Shown: positions 41,101-50,095 of the stretch, piece by piece | How the letters are laid out: each line of letters opens with the position of its first letter | Position numbering within the stretch: the first letter of the stretch is position 1 | DNA from: Planctomycetota bacterium | GTDB taxonomy: Bacteria > Planctomycetota > UBA8108 > UBA1146 | Assembly (NCBI GenBank): GCA_036338595.1 | Contig: JAYZBV010000100.1 | Location: 1-64,000, forward strand | DNA: 64,000 bases | Reading direction: 5' to 3' | Notes under the pieces: model-generated | The model's input: the letters and a program-made list of their open reading frames with translations, nothing else | The model's database searches: none | Told to the model about the DNA's origin: nothing | Position numbers and translations under genes: made by a program

Positions 41101-41827
41101 GCAGATCATCATCGATCAGTTCATTTCGAGTGCCGAAGAAAAATGGAACCAGAGTTCTGGCTTGACGATGCTGTTGCCTCACGGCTACGAGGGGCAGGGT
41201 CCCGAGCATTCCAGTGCACGGCTCGAGAGATTCCTTCAACTGTGCGCTGAGGGTAATCTCAGGGTTGTGCAGCCGAGTACACCCGCCCAGTATTTTCATG
41301 TATTGAGACGTCAGTTGCACGACCCGGCGATCAAACCGTTGGTGGTGTTGAACCCGAAGAGCCTGTTGAGGCTTCCTTCGGCGAGAAGTGAGACCTCTCG
41401 ATTCACCGGGAGTTGTTTCCAGGAGGTGCTCGTGGATGGCACCGTGGGACCGGCGATCCAGAAGATCCTCATCGGCTCTGGAAGGGTGGTCTACGACCTT
41501 CTCGAGGAGCGCAAGAAACGCGCTGCCGATGAGGTTCTCATCCTCAGGATGGAGCAGTTCTATCCGTTTCCGAGGGCTGCGATCCAGCAGGTTCTCGAGC
41601 GCCTCTCTGCTGACTGCGATGTTCGCTGGGTACAGGACGAACCCAGAAACATGGGAGCGTGGTCCTACCTCAGGGACAGGGACGGGGGATTCCTGGGCGG
41701 GGGTCGCCGCGTGAAGTTCGTCGGAAGAGCCTGGAGCGCCAGTCCTGCCAGTGGGTCAAGATCGGTTCACGAAGCGGAACAGAAGGACCTGATTGAAAGG
41801 GCCTTTGCAGATGACGGTGACGAGTAG
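38114..41827 (+). CDS. kgd: Multifunctional 2-oxoglutarate metabolism enzyme (succinyltransferase domain fused to E1; Kgd/OdhA type)
   Basis: N-terminal FGSNSGYVDALYEQF...SVSAAWREFF; acyltransferase domain ending TSTYDHRVIQGAESG; E1o motifs KRFSLEG, GMAHRGRLN, GDVKYHLG, HGDAA, NNQIGFTT and GPEHSSAR; GTG after GGGAGG. Confidence 0.96.
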   Translation: MDRFGSNSGYVDALYEQFISDPESVSAAWREFFDGYQPEQEARHKSDPEEVELPKPEDVLDPPPAPLAADSPVTSADVSTESLASITVAGDPQVPPVKAAEDDSAEDVAAEDDAGVTLIPIEGIASRIVENMEQSTEVPTATTVRTIPVRLLEENRKIINEHQIAWARAKVSFTHIIAWALMKALRTHPQLNHGFQRVDGDAIRIERTSTRLGIAVDVERRGQRSLVVPNLKDTGQIQFREFLAAFNDVVSRARRGKLTLDDFENTSVTITNPGMLGTSMSVPRLMAGQGAIFGIGSIAYPPACAGMAADTVSRLGFSKVMTLTSTYDHRVIQGAESGAFLTTVENLLLGNERFYDSIFEQLDVPHEPYRWSQETSGEDRSVAVSTPAYRQAQVLQLVDAYRSRGHRMAHLDPLGTSPVPDPELEMSSYGLSIWDLDRSFICGGVGGQDQPRKLRQILDVLRRTYTRYVGAEVSYISDAEERDWLLNEMESTENDSPISIEEKLHILRKLNEAEAFEKFLHSSYVGHKRFSLEGSESLIPALDALLEVCSGSGVEDVLIGMAHRGRLNVLVNILGKPLEQVFEEFEDFDTENPEGSGDVKYHLGAQGAHRGQNGTEVRVTLASNPSHLESVCPVVEGMARALQDESEKPGSVIPLLIHGDAALAGQGVTYETLNMSQLEGYSTGGTVHIVINNQIGFTTSPIDGRSSRYCTDLAKTVEAPVFHINADHPQTVVRIVRLALEYRRRFSKDVFIDLVGYRRWGHNEGDEPAFTQPLASKNIESHRSVRKLTTERLLARGEIDVETAEQMLGEFQTILDDSLKSVKDSLRERSAAQVRPDLEESEGMARPSVDTSISAQELDLLLAEVTRTPDQFQVHPKLKKQFERRLEMARGGSIDWGLAELCAFGSLVREGHSIRLSGEDSGRGTFSQRHSALLDCVSGARHVPLDHLPGADGHFEVHDSLLSEFGVLGFEFGYSVQRPEALTIWEAQFGDFSNGAQIIIDQFISSAEEKWNQSSGLTMLLPHGYEGQGPEHSSARLERFLQLCAEGNLRVVQPSTPAQYFHVLRRQLHDPAIKPLVVLNPKSLLRLPSARSETSRFTGSCFQEVLVDGTVGPAIQKILIGSGRVVYDLLEERKKRAADEVLILRMEQFYPFPRAAIQQVLERLSADCDVRWVQDEPRNMGAWSYLRDRDGGFLGGGRRVKFVGRAWSASPASGSRSVHEAEQKDLIERAFADDGDE
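38411..38455 (+). repeat. In-frame 15-bp tandem repeat x3 in the Kgd linker
   Basis: GCGGAAGACGATTCC / GCTGAAGACGTTGCC / GCTGAAGACGATGCC, encoding AEDDS-AEDVA-AEDDA. Confidence 0.75.
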
Positions 41828-41838
41828 GAGCGGCTGCA

Positions 41839-43008
41839 TTGTACATCAAAGATTCTAGTCAACTTTCGAACTGGATGGATCGCGCGAGTAGCGATGGTCG
41901 CTATGGGATGGATCTCGAATTCATCCGAGAGAAAACCTATTACCCTCAACTTGCTCTGATACAGATCTCTGTCGGGAGTGAACTTGCGCTCCTGGACCCG
42001 CTCGGAGATGTCGATCTATCGCCGCTGATCGCGACCGTCTCTGATCCCTCCATCATCAAGGTGGTTCATGCCGGATCGCAGGATCTGGAGATACTGGAGC
42101 ATCTCAGTGACGGCATTCCTCGTGCAGTATTTGATACACAGGTTGCTTCTGCATTCACCGGCCTGGGGCTGCAGCCCTCCTATGCTTCGACCTGCGGTCA
42201 GTTACTGGACGTGGTGGTTGAAAAGGGAGAATCCTGGACCGATTGGCTGCGACGGCCTTTGACACGAGCGCAGGAAATCTATGCCATCGACGATGTTCGC
42301 CATCTGTTGCCGTTGCACGATGTGCTGGTGTCTCGTTTGGAGAAGGATGGCCGCTTGCTGTGGGCCATCGACGAGATGAAGAAGTACGAACGGGATACGA
42401 CCTATCATCCTCAACTGGACAGCCAACTGCGAAAGGTCAAGCGGTCTGGAACTCTCAAGGAGCGAGGTCTGGCTTTGCTCGGAGAACTCTACCAGTGGCG
42501 AGAAGAGGAAGCTCAGAAAAAAGACCGTCCTCGGCGCAGGATCATCTCGGATGAAGTGCTGGTCGAGGTCGCTCGGAGATCACCATCCGATGAGGAAGGG
42601 CTCAACAGGATCCGTGGATTGGATCCGAGAGACCTTCGACGCCATGGCGATGCATTGCTCGCTGCGGTGGTGAAGGGAAACGCCATCCCGGAAGGTGATC
42701 TTCCAGTGATCCTTCGTCGAAGAAGGTTAGAACCCCAGGAGGAAGCAGCGGTTGAACTGGCGACCTCTGCTTTGCGTGCCCTGTGTCGTGCGGAGAGAAT
42801 CGCGCCACCGTTGGTGGCTCGCGGAGACGATGTCGAACGCCTCGTCAGAGATTATTATGGATCCTGTCTTGTCACGGCAGAGCACAACCTGTTGCAAGGC
42901 TGGCGTGGCGAGTTGTTTGGCGACAGGATGGTTGGCTTCCTCGAAGGGAAATCCCAGCTAGGGTTCGATGCCGAGAGCGGCTACCCCAGTTTACGCTCGT
43001 TCCATTAG
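41839..43008 (+). CDS. rnd: Ribonuclease D
   Basis: DLEFIREKTYYPQLALIQ, HAGSQDLE, FDTQVA and TDWLRRPL...YAIDDV; HRDC domain; GWR near the C-terminus. Confidence 0.95.
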   Translation: MYIKDSSQLSNWMDRASSDGRYGMDLEFIREKTYYPQLALIQISVGSELALLDPLGDVDLSPLIATVSDPSIIKVVHAGSQDLEILEHLSDGIPRAVFDTQVASAFTGLGLQPSYASTCGQLLDVVVEKGESWTDWLRRPLTRAQEIYAIDDVRHLLPLHDVLVSRLEKDGRLLWAIDEMKKYERDTTYHPQLDSQLRKVKRSGTLKERGLALLGELYQWREEEAQKKDRPRRRIISDEVLVEVARRSPSDEEGLNRIRGLDPRDLRRHGDALLAAVVKGNAIPEGDLPVILRRRRLEPQEEAAVELATSALRALCRAERIAPPLVARGDDVERLVRDYYGSCLVTAEHNLLQGWRGELFGDRMVGFLEGKSQLGFDAESGYPSLRSFH

Positions 43009-43025
43009 CGCAGCAGGTTCTGGAA

Positions 43026-44399
43026 TCACTCCGCCTCGCTGGACTCGGGTACGCAGATGACATCCATGAAACTGGAGACGCTGAAGATCGCCTGGCCAGA
43101 TCCGGGAGGGCCGTAACCCGGTGGTACCGGGAGATGGTGTTTCTGGTGGCAGTCCCTCCACGCTTCCAGCAGGCGAGCGTGGTATTCGAGTGGCGCTGGA
43201 GGTTGAGCTTCGCCCGTTGCGGCTTGCTCCTTGACCAGGGGTGACAGCGGTTCAGGGCACCATACCGTGAACCTCGGGCATACTCCCTGACTCATGAAGA
43301 AGTCCAGACCTTCTCTGGTCGATTCGACCGCAGCTTCAGGGTCGGTGTAGCCGTTTGGTCTCGACATCTCTATTCCCGCTACAAAATTGGGGATGACATT
43401 GGCAGCACCAAATACATCCACTGCAGCAATGATTCGCCGGTGCCATTCGGATCTTCCGACATAACTCTCCTTGCCAGGGCAGATCAGCGAGAAGAGGCGC
43501 TCATCCCATATCTCGTAGTTGGGATGAAAGATCTGCACTCCTGCGTCCTTGAGAACCTGTTGTTCGGCTACTGGAAGTGCCTGTGTGACCGCCTTGGGGA
43601 TCCAGCGCCCTGGGAACTTCTCCTCGATGGTGCGGGCATAGTCGGCATAAAACTCAGCCTCTCCCTTACCCCGCAACTTCCGGGTGATGGAGCCCCCGGT
43701 GAGCGTGTAGGCGCGTGATACATCGTCGACTCTGCTGATGATGGAGAGGGCTTCCAGCACATCCTCCATCGGCTTTACCGTGCGATAGGGTCGCCCTGCA
43801 GCGACCTGCTGCCGGTAGTTCTCGTTGATGTCACAAAAGCGACACTCTTCCTTGAATCCGAAGTACTGGCACTTTCGGTAGACAGTGAGATAAATCAGAT
43901 AGCCCCATTCGATGGTGGGGGCAACCTCGTGGACCGGCTGGCCCGATTCCATCGGCTCCTTGTAATACTCGGGAACATCCTGAAGATCGATGCGGCTGAT
44001 CGATTGCGTTCCGCAGAACAGATGCAGTTCCTCACCGTCCAGGTCGATTCGCCATGGGGAATGAGGATTGACTCTCACTGAAACCGTTGTTCGCCTGAAG
44101 TTCCAGGGTCCGTCTACCAGTTGTATCTCTTCAGGAGCTCGGAGATTCTCCTGTTGATCCATCGCGTCGATGGGGACCATGTCAAAGCTGAAGATGAAGT
44201 ACGACTTGCTCTTGAATCTGGCGCAGTGACGAAGCGCATCCATGGAAAAGGAAACCCCGATGCGAAGCAGATCCTCCTTGACGAGTGCCTCCGTCGGAAG
44301 AGTGGGAAGCAGCTTCTTCAGGCGCTGGATCTCGGCAATCTGCTCCTCTGCCAGCCGTTCCTGATCGGCAGCGATCTTGGTCGAGGGTTGGCTCGTCAT
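43026..44399 (-). CDS. Uncharacterised radical SAM protein with a CX8CX2C cluster motif
   Basis: C-QYFGFKEE-C-RF-C with an aromatic residue before the last Cys; TLTGG (GGE-like); NYEIWD...ICPGK and NFVAGIE; GAGGAG RBS. Confidence 0.85.
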   Translation of the reverse strand: MTSQPSTKIAADQERLAEEQIAEIQRLKKLLPTLPTEALVKEDLLRIGVSFSMDALRHCARFKSKSYFIFSFDMVPIDAMDQQENLRAPEEIQLVDGPWNFRRTTVSVRVNPHSPWRIDLDGEELHLFCGTQSISRIDLQDVPEYYKEPMESGQPVHEVAPTIEWGYLIYLTVYRKCQYFGFKEECRFCDINENYRQQVAAGRPYRTVKPMEDVLEALSIISRVDDVSRAYTLTGGSITRKLRGKGEAEFYADYARTIEEKFPGRWIPKAVTQALPVAEQQVLKDAGVQIFHPNYEIWDERLFSLICPGKESYVGRSEWHRRIIAAVDVFGAANVIPNFVAGIEMSRPNGYTDPEAAVESTREGLDFFMSQGVCPRFTVWCPEPLSPLVKEQAATGEAQPPAPLEYHARLLEAWRDCHQKHHLPVPPGYGPPGSGQAIFSVSSFMDVICVPESSEAE

Positions 44400-44497
44400 C
44401 GGTCTCCTCGCACTGTTCTGCTTCGTTGGGGCCCTTTGAGGCGGATGATCGCAGCCTCAGGGGGGTGCAGCAAGACATCTGGCGGCAGGGCTCGATA

Positions 44498-45508
44498 CTA
44501 GAAGGTGGTGCTGTAGCCGAGGCCCAGTAGCAACTCGATATCTTCACCCTCGATGGTGATCGGCGGATGGCTATCGTATCGAATGTTCATCTGTGCATTC
44601 AAGGACAGCCCCCCGATGATGCGTGTCCTGATTCCGAGCCTACCCTCGACGAGCAGATCATCAGGATCCACGAGAGAGACGAAAATGGTGTGATCGTGAA
44701 AAGCTTCCAGTAAACCCTCGTCTATCGACCACTCCAGGTTTCCGGCAATGCGAAGAGTGCTGGCAGCCTCATCCTCAGCGGAGAAGAAATCCTCGTTGAG
44801 AGCCGAGATACCCGTTTCTTGCGACCATTTGATACTGTCGGAATCGAAAATCTGAATTCCTGCTCCGATTCCTGCGGTGGTTCGAAGTGAGAGATCGGCA
44901 AACTGATCATTCCGTGCCGAGAAACTGGTGTACAAGAACCACTCGTCGCGAGGAAAGAAGTCGTACTTGATCTCTGCTCCGGTGGTCCGTTTGCTCAGGA
45001 TGGTATCGTCCTTGCCGTATGCCCAGTTGACCTTCGAGACGAATCGGTGGGTCTTGTATCGAAAGGTGTAATCGAGATTCATCGAAGCAGAGATGGTTCG
45101 TGTGTTGCCGGAAGTCTTGGTTCCGTTGAGTGTGATGGTTGCCTTCTGAAAGGACTCGGTGGGAGTCGGGTTGATCGAGATCACACGGCTATTTGGAACC
45201 GATCTCTGGCCGAGAGAATTGTCAACGAGCCAGGCTCCATCCACCAGTTGTAGCGGGCCACTGAGAACTTCATCCGCGTCAGTGACAAGGTTTCCGCCAC
45301 TGGTAAAAAAGGCACCGATGACGAGATCTGCGGGAACCTTGACCTGCCCCATCCCTTCCACCTCGAAGGTGTATTGACCATCTTCCAGTTGAACGATGGT
45401 GCCGACGAGGATGCTGCCGTCGCCGAGAAGTAGCCTATCCTCGCTGAAAGCAGAGGGATCGGTGCCATCTCCTACCAGCAGCAGCAGAAGCAGCAGAGAA
45501 TGAAGCAT
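44498..45508 (-). CDS. DUF481 (YdiY-like) outer-membrane beta-barrel protein
   Basis: Signal peptide; SGNT, KYDFF and DQFADLSLRTTAGIGAG; C-terminal LLGLGYSTTF beta-signal. Confidence 0.82.
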   Translation of the reverse strand: MLHSLLLLLLLVGDGTDPSAFSEDRLLLGDGSILVGTIVQLEDGQYTFEVEGMGQVKVPADLVIGAFFTSGGNLVTDADEVLSGPLQLVDGAWLVDNSLGQRSVPNSRVISINPTPTESFQKATITLNGTKTSGNTRTISASMNLDYTFRYKTHRFVSKVNWAYGKDDTILSKRTTGAEIKYDFFPRDEWFLYTSFSARNDQFADLSLRTTAGIGAGIQIFDSDSIKWSQETGISALNEDFFSAEDEAASTLRIAGNLEWSIDEGLLEAFHDHTIFVSLVDPDDLLVEGRLGIRTRIIGGLSLNAQMNIRYDSHPPITIEGEDIELLLGLGYSTTF

Positions 45509-45638
45509 GATGATCTTCCCTTCGGGACATGGAGAGGGAGAATAATCGCCACGGGGATGAGAGGACAATGCAATTCCTCTCCGTTGCATCGACCACGATG
45601 GCCACAGGTCTGCTGAGCGGCAGGAGCCAGAAACAGTG

Positions 45639-46610
45639 ATGGACGAGAAACTGCTGGAAAAAGCCCGTGCCCGTCGCGGCCGATCGGGTCCCAGGCAGCG
45701 GCGAGGATGGGATGCGCTACTGTCGGCGTTCGCTTCGGCCCTGGTGATCCTTCCGATGACACTGCTTCCGGCGTCCCTGGCGTGTGGTTTCGCCAGACTC
45801 CTCGCGATTCCGGCATGGTGGATCGCCAGACGTCGGCGCCAGGTGACTCTCAGCAATCTTCGTCACGCCTACGGATCGAAGTGGTCAGAGCAGAAGATCA
45901 GGAGGGTCGGACTGGAATCGTGGCAGGGTGTGGCGCTTTCTGCGGTCGAGGCGATCCAGATCGGTCGCTGGATCGAGGACCCGCAGTTCGTGGACTCTGT
46001 CGTGTGGAATGGTCCGTGGCAACAACTGGAGAGGCGACATCTTGCCGGGGAGCCATTCTTGCTCGTCAGCGGCCATATTGGCCCCTTCGAGGTGATCTTG
46101 CCGCTGCTCGTCGCGAGAGGCTGGCGCATTGGACTGCTCTCTCGTCCGGTCAAGAATGCTTACATTCATTCCTGGTTGAAGTGGGTTCGTCGGGGCACCG
46201 TCCCGCGCATCCTCGACCCGGCAGGGGCCTTGCCGGAGATGGGTCAGGCACTCTCTGAAGGAACCTCGCTGGCTCTGCTGATCGATCAGAACGATAGGGA
46301 CGGGGTCTTCGTGCCATTTCTGGGACGGGAAGCGGCGACCACTCCATCCATCGGGGTGCTGACACGACGCTACAAGGTGCCGGTCGTCTATCTCCAGGCG
46401 CGTCGGATCGTTGCAGGACAGCGTTACAGTCTCAGCTGCGAGGAGGCTCAATTGCCGTGGGGAGACGATATCCGATCTCATGTCCAGGATGTGACGCAAC
46501 TTGCCACGGCGCGTATCGAATCGATGGTTCGAGAGACTCCAGCGGACTGGTTGTGGATGCACCAGCGGTGGAAAGTTCGGCCGGATGGTCAACGTGAGAA
46601 ATTGATCTGA
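45639..46610 (+). CDS. Lipid A late acyltransferase family protein (LpxL/HtrB-like)
   Basis: SGHIGPFE (H-X4-E), LLIDQ, FVPFLG and PADWLWMHQRWK. Confidence 0.88.
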   Translation: MDEKLLEKARARRGRSGPRQRRGWDALLSAFASALVILPMTLLPASLACGFARLLAIPAWWIARRRRQVTLSNLRHAYGSKWSEQKIRRVGLESWQGVALSAVEAIQIGRWIEDPQFVDSVVWNGPWQQLERRHLAGEPFLLVSGHIGPFEVILPLLVARGWRIGLLSRPVKNAYIHSWLKWVRRGTVPRILDPAGALPEMGQALSEGTSLALLIDQNDRDGVFVPFLGREAATTPSIGVLTRRYKVPVVYLQARRIVAGQRYSLSCEEAQLPWGDDIRSHVQDVTQLATARIESMVRETPADWLWMHQRWKVRPDGQREKLI

Positions 46611-46675
46611 GCTGCGAGGCTGCGGTGACAGGGACCAGGGTCGGGTGTATCCTGCGCACTCACGGGAGGAAACCG

Positions 46676-47590
46676 ATGGATTCGACTGCTGTTCGAGATA
46701 TCTGCGTTCCAGGACTGGAGCCAATTCTGCGTGGCAAGGTGCGTGACATCTTCGATCTCGGCGACCAGTTGCTGCTGGTCACCAGTGATCGAGTCAGTGC
46801 CTATGATGTCGTGTTACCCCAGGGGATCCCGGAAAAGGGCGCCATCCTGACCCAGCTGACGCGGTGGTGGCTCGATCGACTTCCCGACGGGATCCAGCAT
46901 CATCTCATCTCGACCGATCCCGCTGACTTTCCCGAACCGTTTCGAAGTGCAGCCAGCGAATGGGGACCGCGGGCGATGCTGGTGAGAAAACTCGACATGA
47001 TTCCCGTCGAGTGCGTGGTTCGTGGTTATGTTGTCGGCAGTGGCTGGAAGGATTACCAGGCGACAGGATCCATCTGCGGCATCCCCTTGCCCGATGGAAT
47101 GTGCCAGGCGGGTCGTATCGAAGATCCCATCTTCACTCCCGCTGCCAAGAACCACGATGGTCACGACGAGAACATATCCATCGAGAGAGCCGGGGAGATG
47201 GTCGGGCATGATCTGATGGCTCAACTGAAGGATCTGTCGGTGCAGATCTTTTCCCACGGCCGCGAGCATGCGGCGACGTGTGGACTCATCCTGGCTGACA
47301 CCAAGTTCGAGTTCGGTATCGGCGCGGACGGACCGGTGCTCGCCGATGAAGTGCTCACCGCAGACTCGTCGCGCTACTGGCCTGCTGATCAGTACCAGGT
47401 CGGCATCAGTCCTCCCTCTTTTGACAAGCAGTACGTGCGCGATCATCTCGCTTCTTGCGGTTGGACCGGAGATGGTCCAGTACCTGATCTTCCCGATGAA
47501 GTGGTCGAGGGCACGACGGCTCGCTATCAGGATCTGTTCGAGCGCGTGACAGGGGTGAGTTGGGGTACATGGAAGGAACAAACATCATGA
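46676..47590 (+). CDS. purC: SAICAR synthetase
   Basis: RGKVRDIF, SDRVSAYD, PVECVVRGY, ADTKFEFG, DEVLTADSSRYW and SFDKQ. Confidence 0.97.
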   Translation: MDSTAVRDICVPGLEPILRGKVRDIFDLGDQLLLVTSDRVSAYDVVLPQGIPEKGAILTQLTRWWLDRLPDGIQHHLISTDPADFPEPFRSAASEWGPRAMLVRKLDMIPVECVVRGYVVGSGWKDYQATGSICGIPLPDGMCQAGRIEDPIFTPAAKNHDGHDENISIERAGEMVGHDLMAQLKDLSVQIFSHGREHAATCGLILADTKFEFGIGADGPVLADEVLTADSSRYWPADQYQVGISPPSFDKQYVRDHLASCGWTGDGPVPDLPDEVVEGTTARYQDLFERVTGVSWGTWKEQTS

Positions 47591-48093
47591 TTGCCAAGGT
47601 TCTTGTCGTCATGGGCAGCGATAGCGACTGGTCGGTGATGGAAGCCTGTGTCGAGCAGTTGCAGAAGTTTGATATCGAAGCGGAGGTTCGTGTTTGCTCC
47701 GCGCATCGTACTCCCGAGGTCGCTCATCATCTCAGCCAGAGCGCTGTCGATGAGGGCTACTGCGCCATCATCGCGGCTGCTGGACACGCCGCACATCTGG
47801 CCGGTGTCATGGCCGCCAGCACGACGCTGCCGGTGATCGGCGTGCCCATCGATTCGAGTGCCCTCGATGGCATGGACGCCTTGCTGGCAACGGTTCAGAT
47901 GCCGCCAGGGGTTCCCGTCGCAACGGTGGCCATCGGCAAGCCCGGGGCCACCAACGCTGCCATACTGGCGGCGCAGATCGTCGCCGTGGCCAATCCCGAG
48001 ATGCGTGCGCGCCTCGACGAGCACAAGGTGACGATGGCCAGCAAGGTGGCCGCCAAGGACGAAGCCCTGCGTGACAGGGCTTCTGAAGCCTAG
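47587..48093 (+). CDS. purE: N5-CAIR mutase
   Basis: [29 protein letters not shown] and [11 protein letters not shown]. Confidence 0.97.
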   Translation: MIAKVLVVMGSDSDWSVMEACVEQLQKFDIEAEVRVCSAHRTPEVAHHLSQSAVDEGYCAIIAAAGHAAHLAGVMAASTTLPVIGVPIDSSALDGMDALLATVQMPPGVPVATVAIGKPGATNAAILAAQIVAVANPEMRARLDEHKVTMASKVAAKDEALRDRASEA

Positions 48094-49019
48094 GCCAGGT
48101 TGTAGAGCACTTCGAACCATAAGAGCCACGCCTCCAGGATCGCCAGCAGCACCACCAGTTGGGTCACCGTTGATCGAAGCAGCCGGGTGAGCCATCGCTC
48201 GCTGGAGTCGGTCTGATAGCCAGCGAGCCAGTTACGGCAGCGAAAGAGAACGACGAACCCCCAGATGCTACTGCCGGCGATGAGTCCCAGCGGTTCGAGC
48301 AGTGGATTGCCTGTACCCTCGACACCTTGTTTCCACAGTGCCAGCAAGGTCAGTGCGACGCTCGAGACGAAGATGGCACCGACCAGGGATGCCAGCGTAT
48401 CGACGGCCCGGCCAGGGTGTGAAATCAACCCGATCAAGAATGCGGTAGCGACCAGCAGAAGAATTGCGGCATCCATCAGTAGCGGTAACTTGTCGACGGT
48501 GTTCTGGATGCCGGGATCAGAGTGAATGGGTTCTCCCAGGATCAGAGGCACCAGCCAGGTGAGCAGTGCGATCAGCACGATACTCCCGATCAGCCGGTAG
48601 CGAGCGACCCATCGAGGCTCTGGAAAGGTCGGATCGGGAGCGCTGGCAGGGGGCGAGAGCAGTCGTCGCCACGCGGCCACAAAGCGGTATCCGATGCACA
48701 TCACCAGGAACAGGGGGGCCAGGTCGAGTAACCCACCGAGAGCCCGCGGTAGCCTCCTTTGCAGCAACCATCGAAAGGCAGCGGCTCCTGTGAGGACATC
48801 TGTTCGGTGCGAGTCGAGCAGGACGATCTCACCCGCTCGGCGATGCCGGTCAAGCAAACTCCGGTCGTCACCGCTCACGAGTGCTGCCGCTTGCGTGTCG
48901 ATTCCCCTGAGGAGCCCCATCCGTTCCATCGAACGGATACTGCGGATACACATCCGACAATCTCCATCGTAGGCCAGTAGAGGATCCCGAGAAGTGTCAG
49001 GAGTCTCCAGTGGGGTCAT
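48090..49019 (-). CDS. DCC1-like (DUF393) thiol-disulfide oxidoreductase domain fused to a multi-TM C-terminal region
   Basis: YDGDCRMC (DxxCxxC), GAAAF and GYRFVAAWR, followed by about 5 hydrophobic helices; ATG overlaps the mtnA stop. Confidence 0.78.
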   Translation of the reverse strand: MTPLETPDTSRDPLLAYDGDCRMCIRSIRSMERMGLLRGIDTQAAALVSGDDRSLLDRHRRAGEIVLLDSHRTDVLTGAAAFRWLLQRRLPRALGGLLDLAPLFLVMCIGYRFVAAWRRLLSPPASAPDPTFPEPRWVARYRLIGSIVLIALLTWLVPLILGEPIHSDPGIQNTVDKLPLLMDAAILLLVATAFLIGLISHPGRAVDTLASLVGAIFVSSVALTLLALWKQGVEGTGNPLLEPLGLIAGSSIWGFVVLFRCRNWLAGYQTDSSERWLTRLLRSTVTQLVVLLAILEAWLLWFEVLYNLA

Positions 49020-50095
49020 TTGCGCATCTCCTCGAAGGGCGGCTGGAGGATTCCAAGTTCGGTGATCCAACCTGCGATGTGTGAGGCGGGAGTCACATCA
49101 AAGGCTGGATTACGGTACCCGATGCCCTCCAGAGGTTTCTTCTGGCCCGTCAGTGACCAGATCTCAGCAGTGGATCGCTGCTCTATGGGGATCTCGCTAC
49201 CGCTGTCGATGTTGAGATCGAAGGTGGAGGAGGGTGCGGCGATGTAGAAGGGGACCTCGTGGGCGCGGGCCAGCGCAGCGATGCTGTAGGTGCCGATCTT
49301 GTTGGCGGCATCCCCATTGGCGGCAATCCGATCCGATCCTGTGATCACCAGGTCGATCGCGCCCTTCTGAAAGAAACTACCCGCTGCTCCATCACAGATG
49401 ACATCGACGGGGATCCCGATCCGCTGCAATTCCCATGCGGTCAGGCGTGAGCCCTGCAACAGTGGCCTGGTTTCATCGGCGAGAACGCTGAATCGCGTTC
49501 CTCTCTGCCATGCAGTGTAGAGCACCGAGAGCGCCGTTCCCCTGCCGGCGGTGGCCAGTGCACCGGCATTACAATGCGTCAGGATGGTGGAGCCTTCCTC
49601 GATCAGGTCTGCTCCCGACTCACCGATTCCACGGCAGAAGCTCTGGTCCTCCTCATCGATGGCACGGGCCTCTTCAAGCAATCTCTCTCGCAATTGCTGA
49701 CAGCCCTGACCATCGGAGACCGCTTCCATCGCAACCGCCGACATCCGATCCACCATGTGATGGAGATTGACTGCGGTGGGGCGTGCGGCGCGCATCGAAG
49801 GGATCGTCTCAGCCAGTTTCGCCTGAAGTTGCTCGAGCTGGGTGCAACCTCGCAGCGCCAGACAGAGTCCGTAGGCAGCCGCGACGCCGATGGCGGGTGC
49901 TCCTCGGACGGCCAGCTGCTGGATCGCCTCAATCACCTGATGGGGCTCTGCGAGGACACGTTCCTGCTCCCGGTCGGGCAGCAGCGTCTGATCGAGGATG
50001 TGCAGCACTCCATCGACATCCCCGACCCAACGAAGGGTCCGGAAGTTCAACGAACCGAGATCCTGAATCTTCGACTCCTCGCTTCCAGCCACCAT
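49016..50095 (-). CDS. mtnA: S-methyl-5-thioribose-1-phosphate isomerase
   Basis: LDQTLLP, VRGAPAIG, RPTAVNL, LTHCNAGALAT, DETRPLLQG, ANKIGTY and NPAFDVTP. Confidence 0.96.
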   Translation of the reverse strand: MVAGSEESKIQDLGSLNFRTLRWVGDVDGVLHILDQTLLPDREQERVLAEPHQVIEAIQQLAVRGAPAIGVAAAYGLCLALRGCTQLEQLQAKLAETIPSMRAARPTAVNLHHMVDRMSAVAMEAVSDGQGCQQLRERLLEEARAIDEEDQSFCRGIGESGADLIEEGSTILTHCNAGALATAGRGTALSVLYTAWQRGTRFSVLADETRPLLQGSRLTAWELQRIGIPVDVICDGAAGSFFQKGAIDLVITGSDRIAANGDAANKIGTYSIAALARAHEVPFYIAAPSSTFDLNIDSGSEIPIEQRSTAEIWSLTGQKKPLEGIGYRNPAFDVTPASHIAGWITELGILQPPFEEMRK

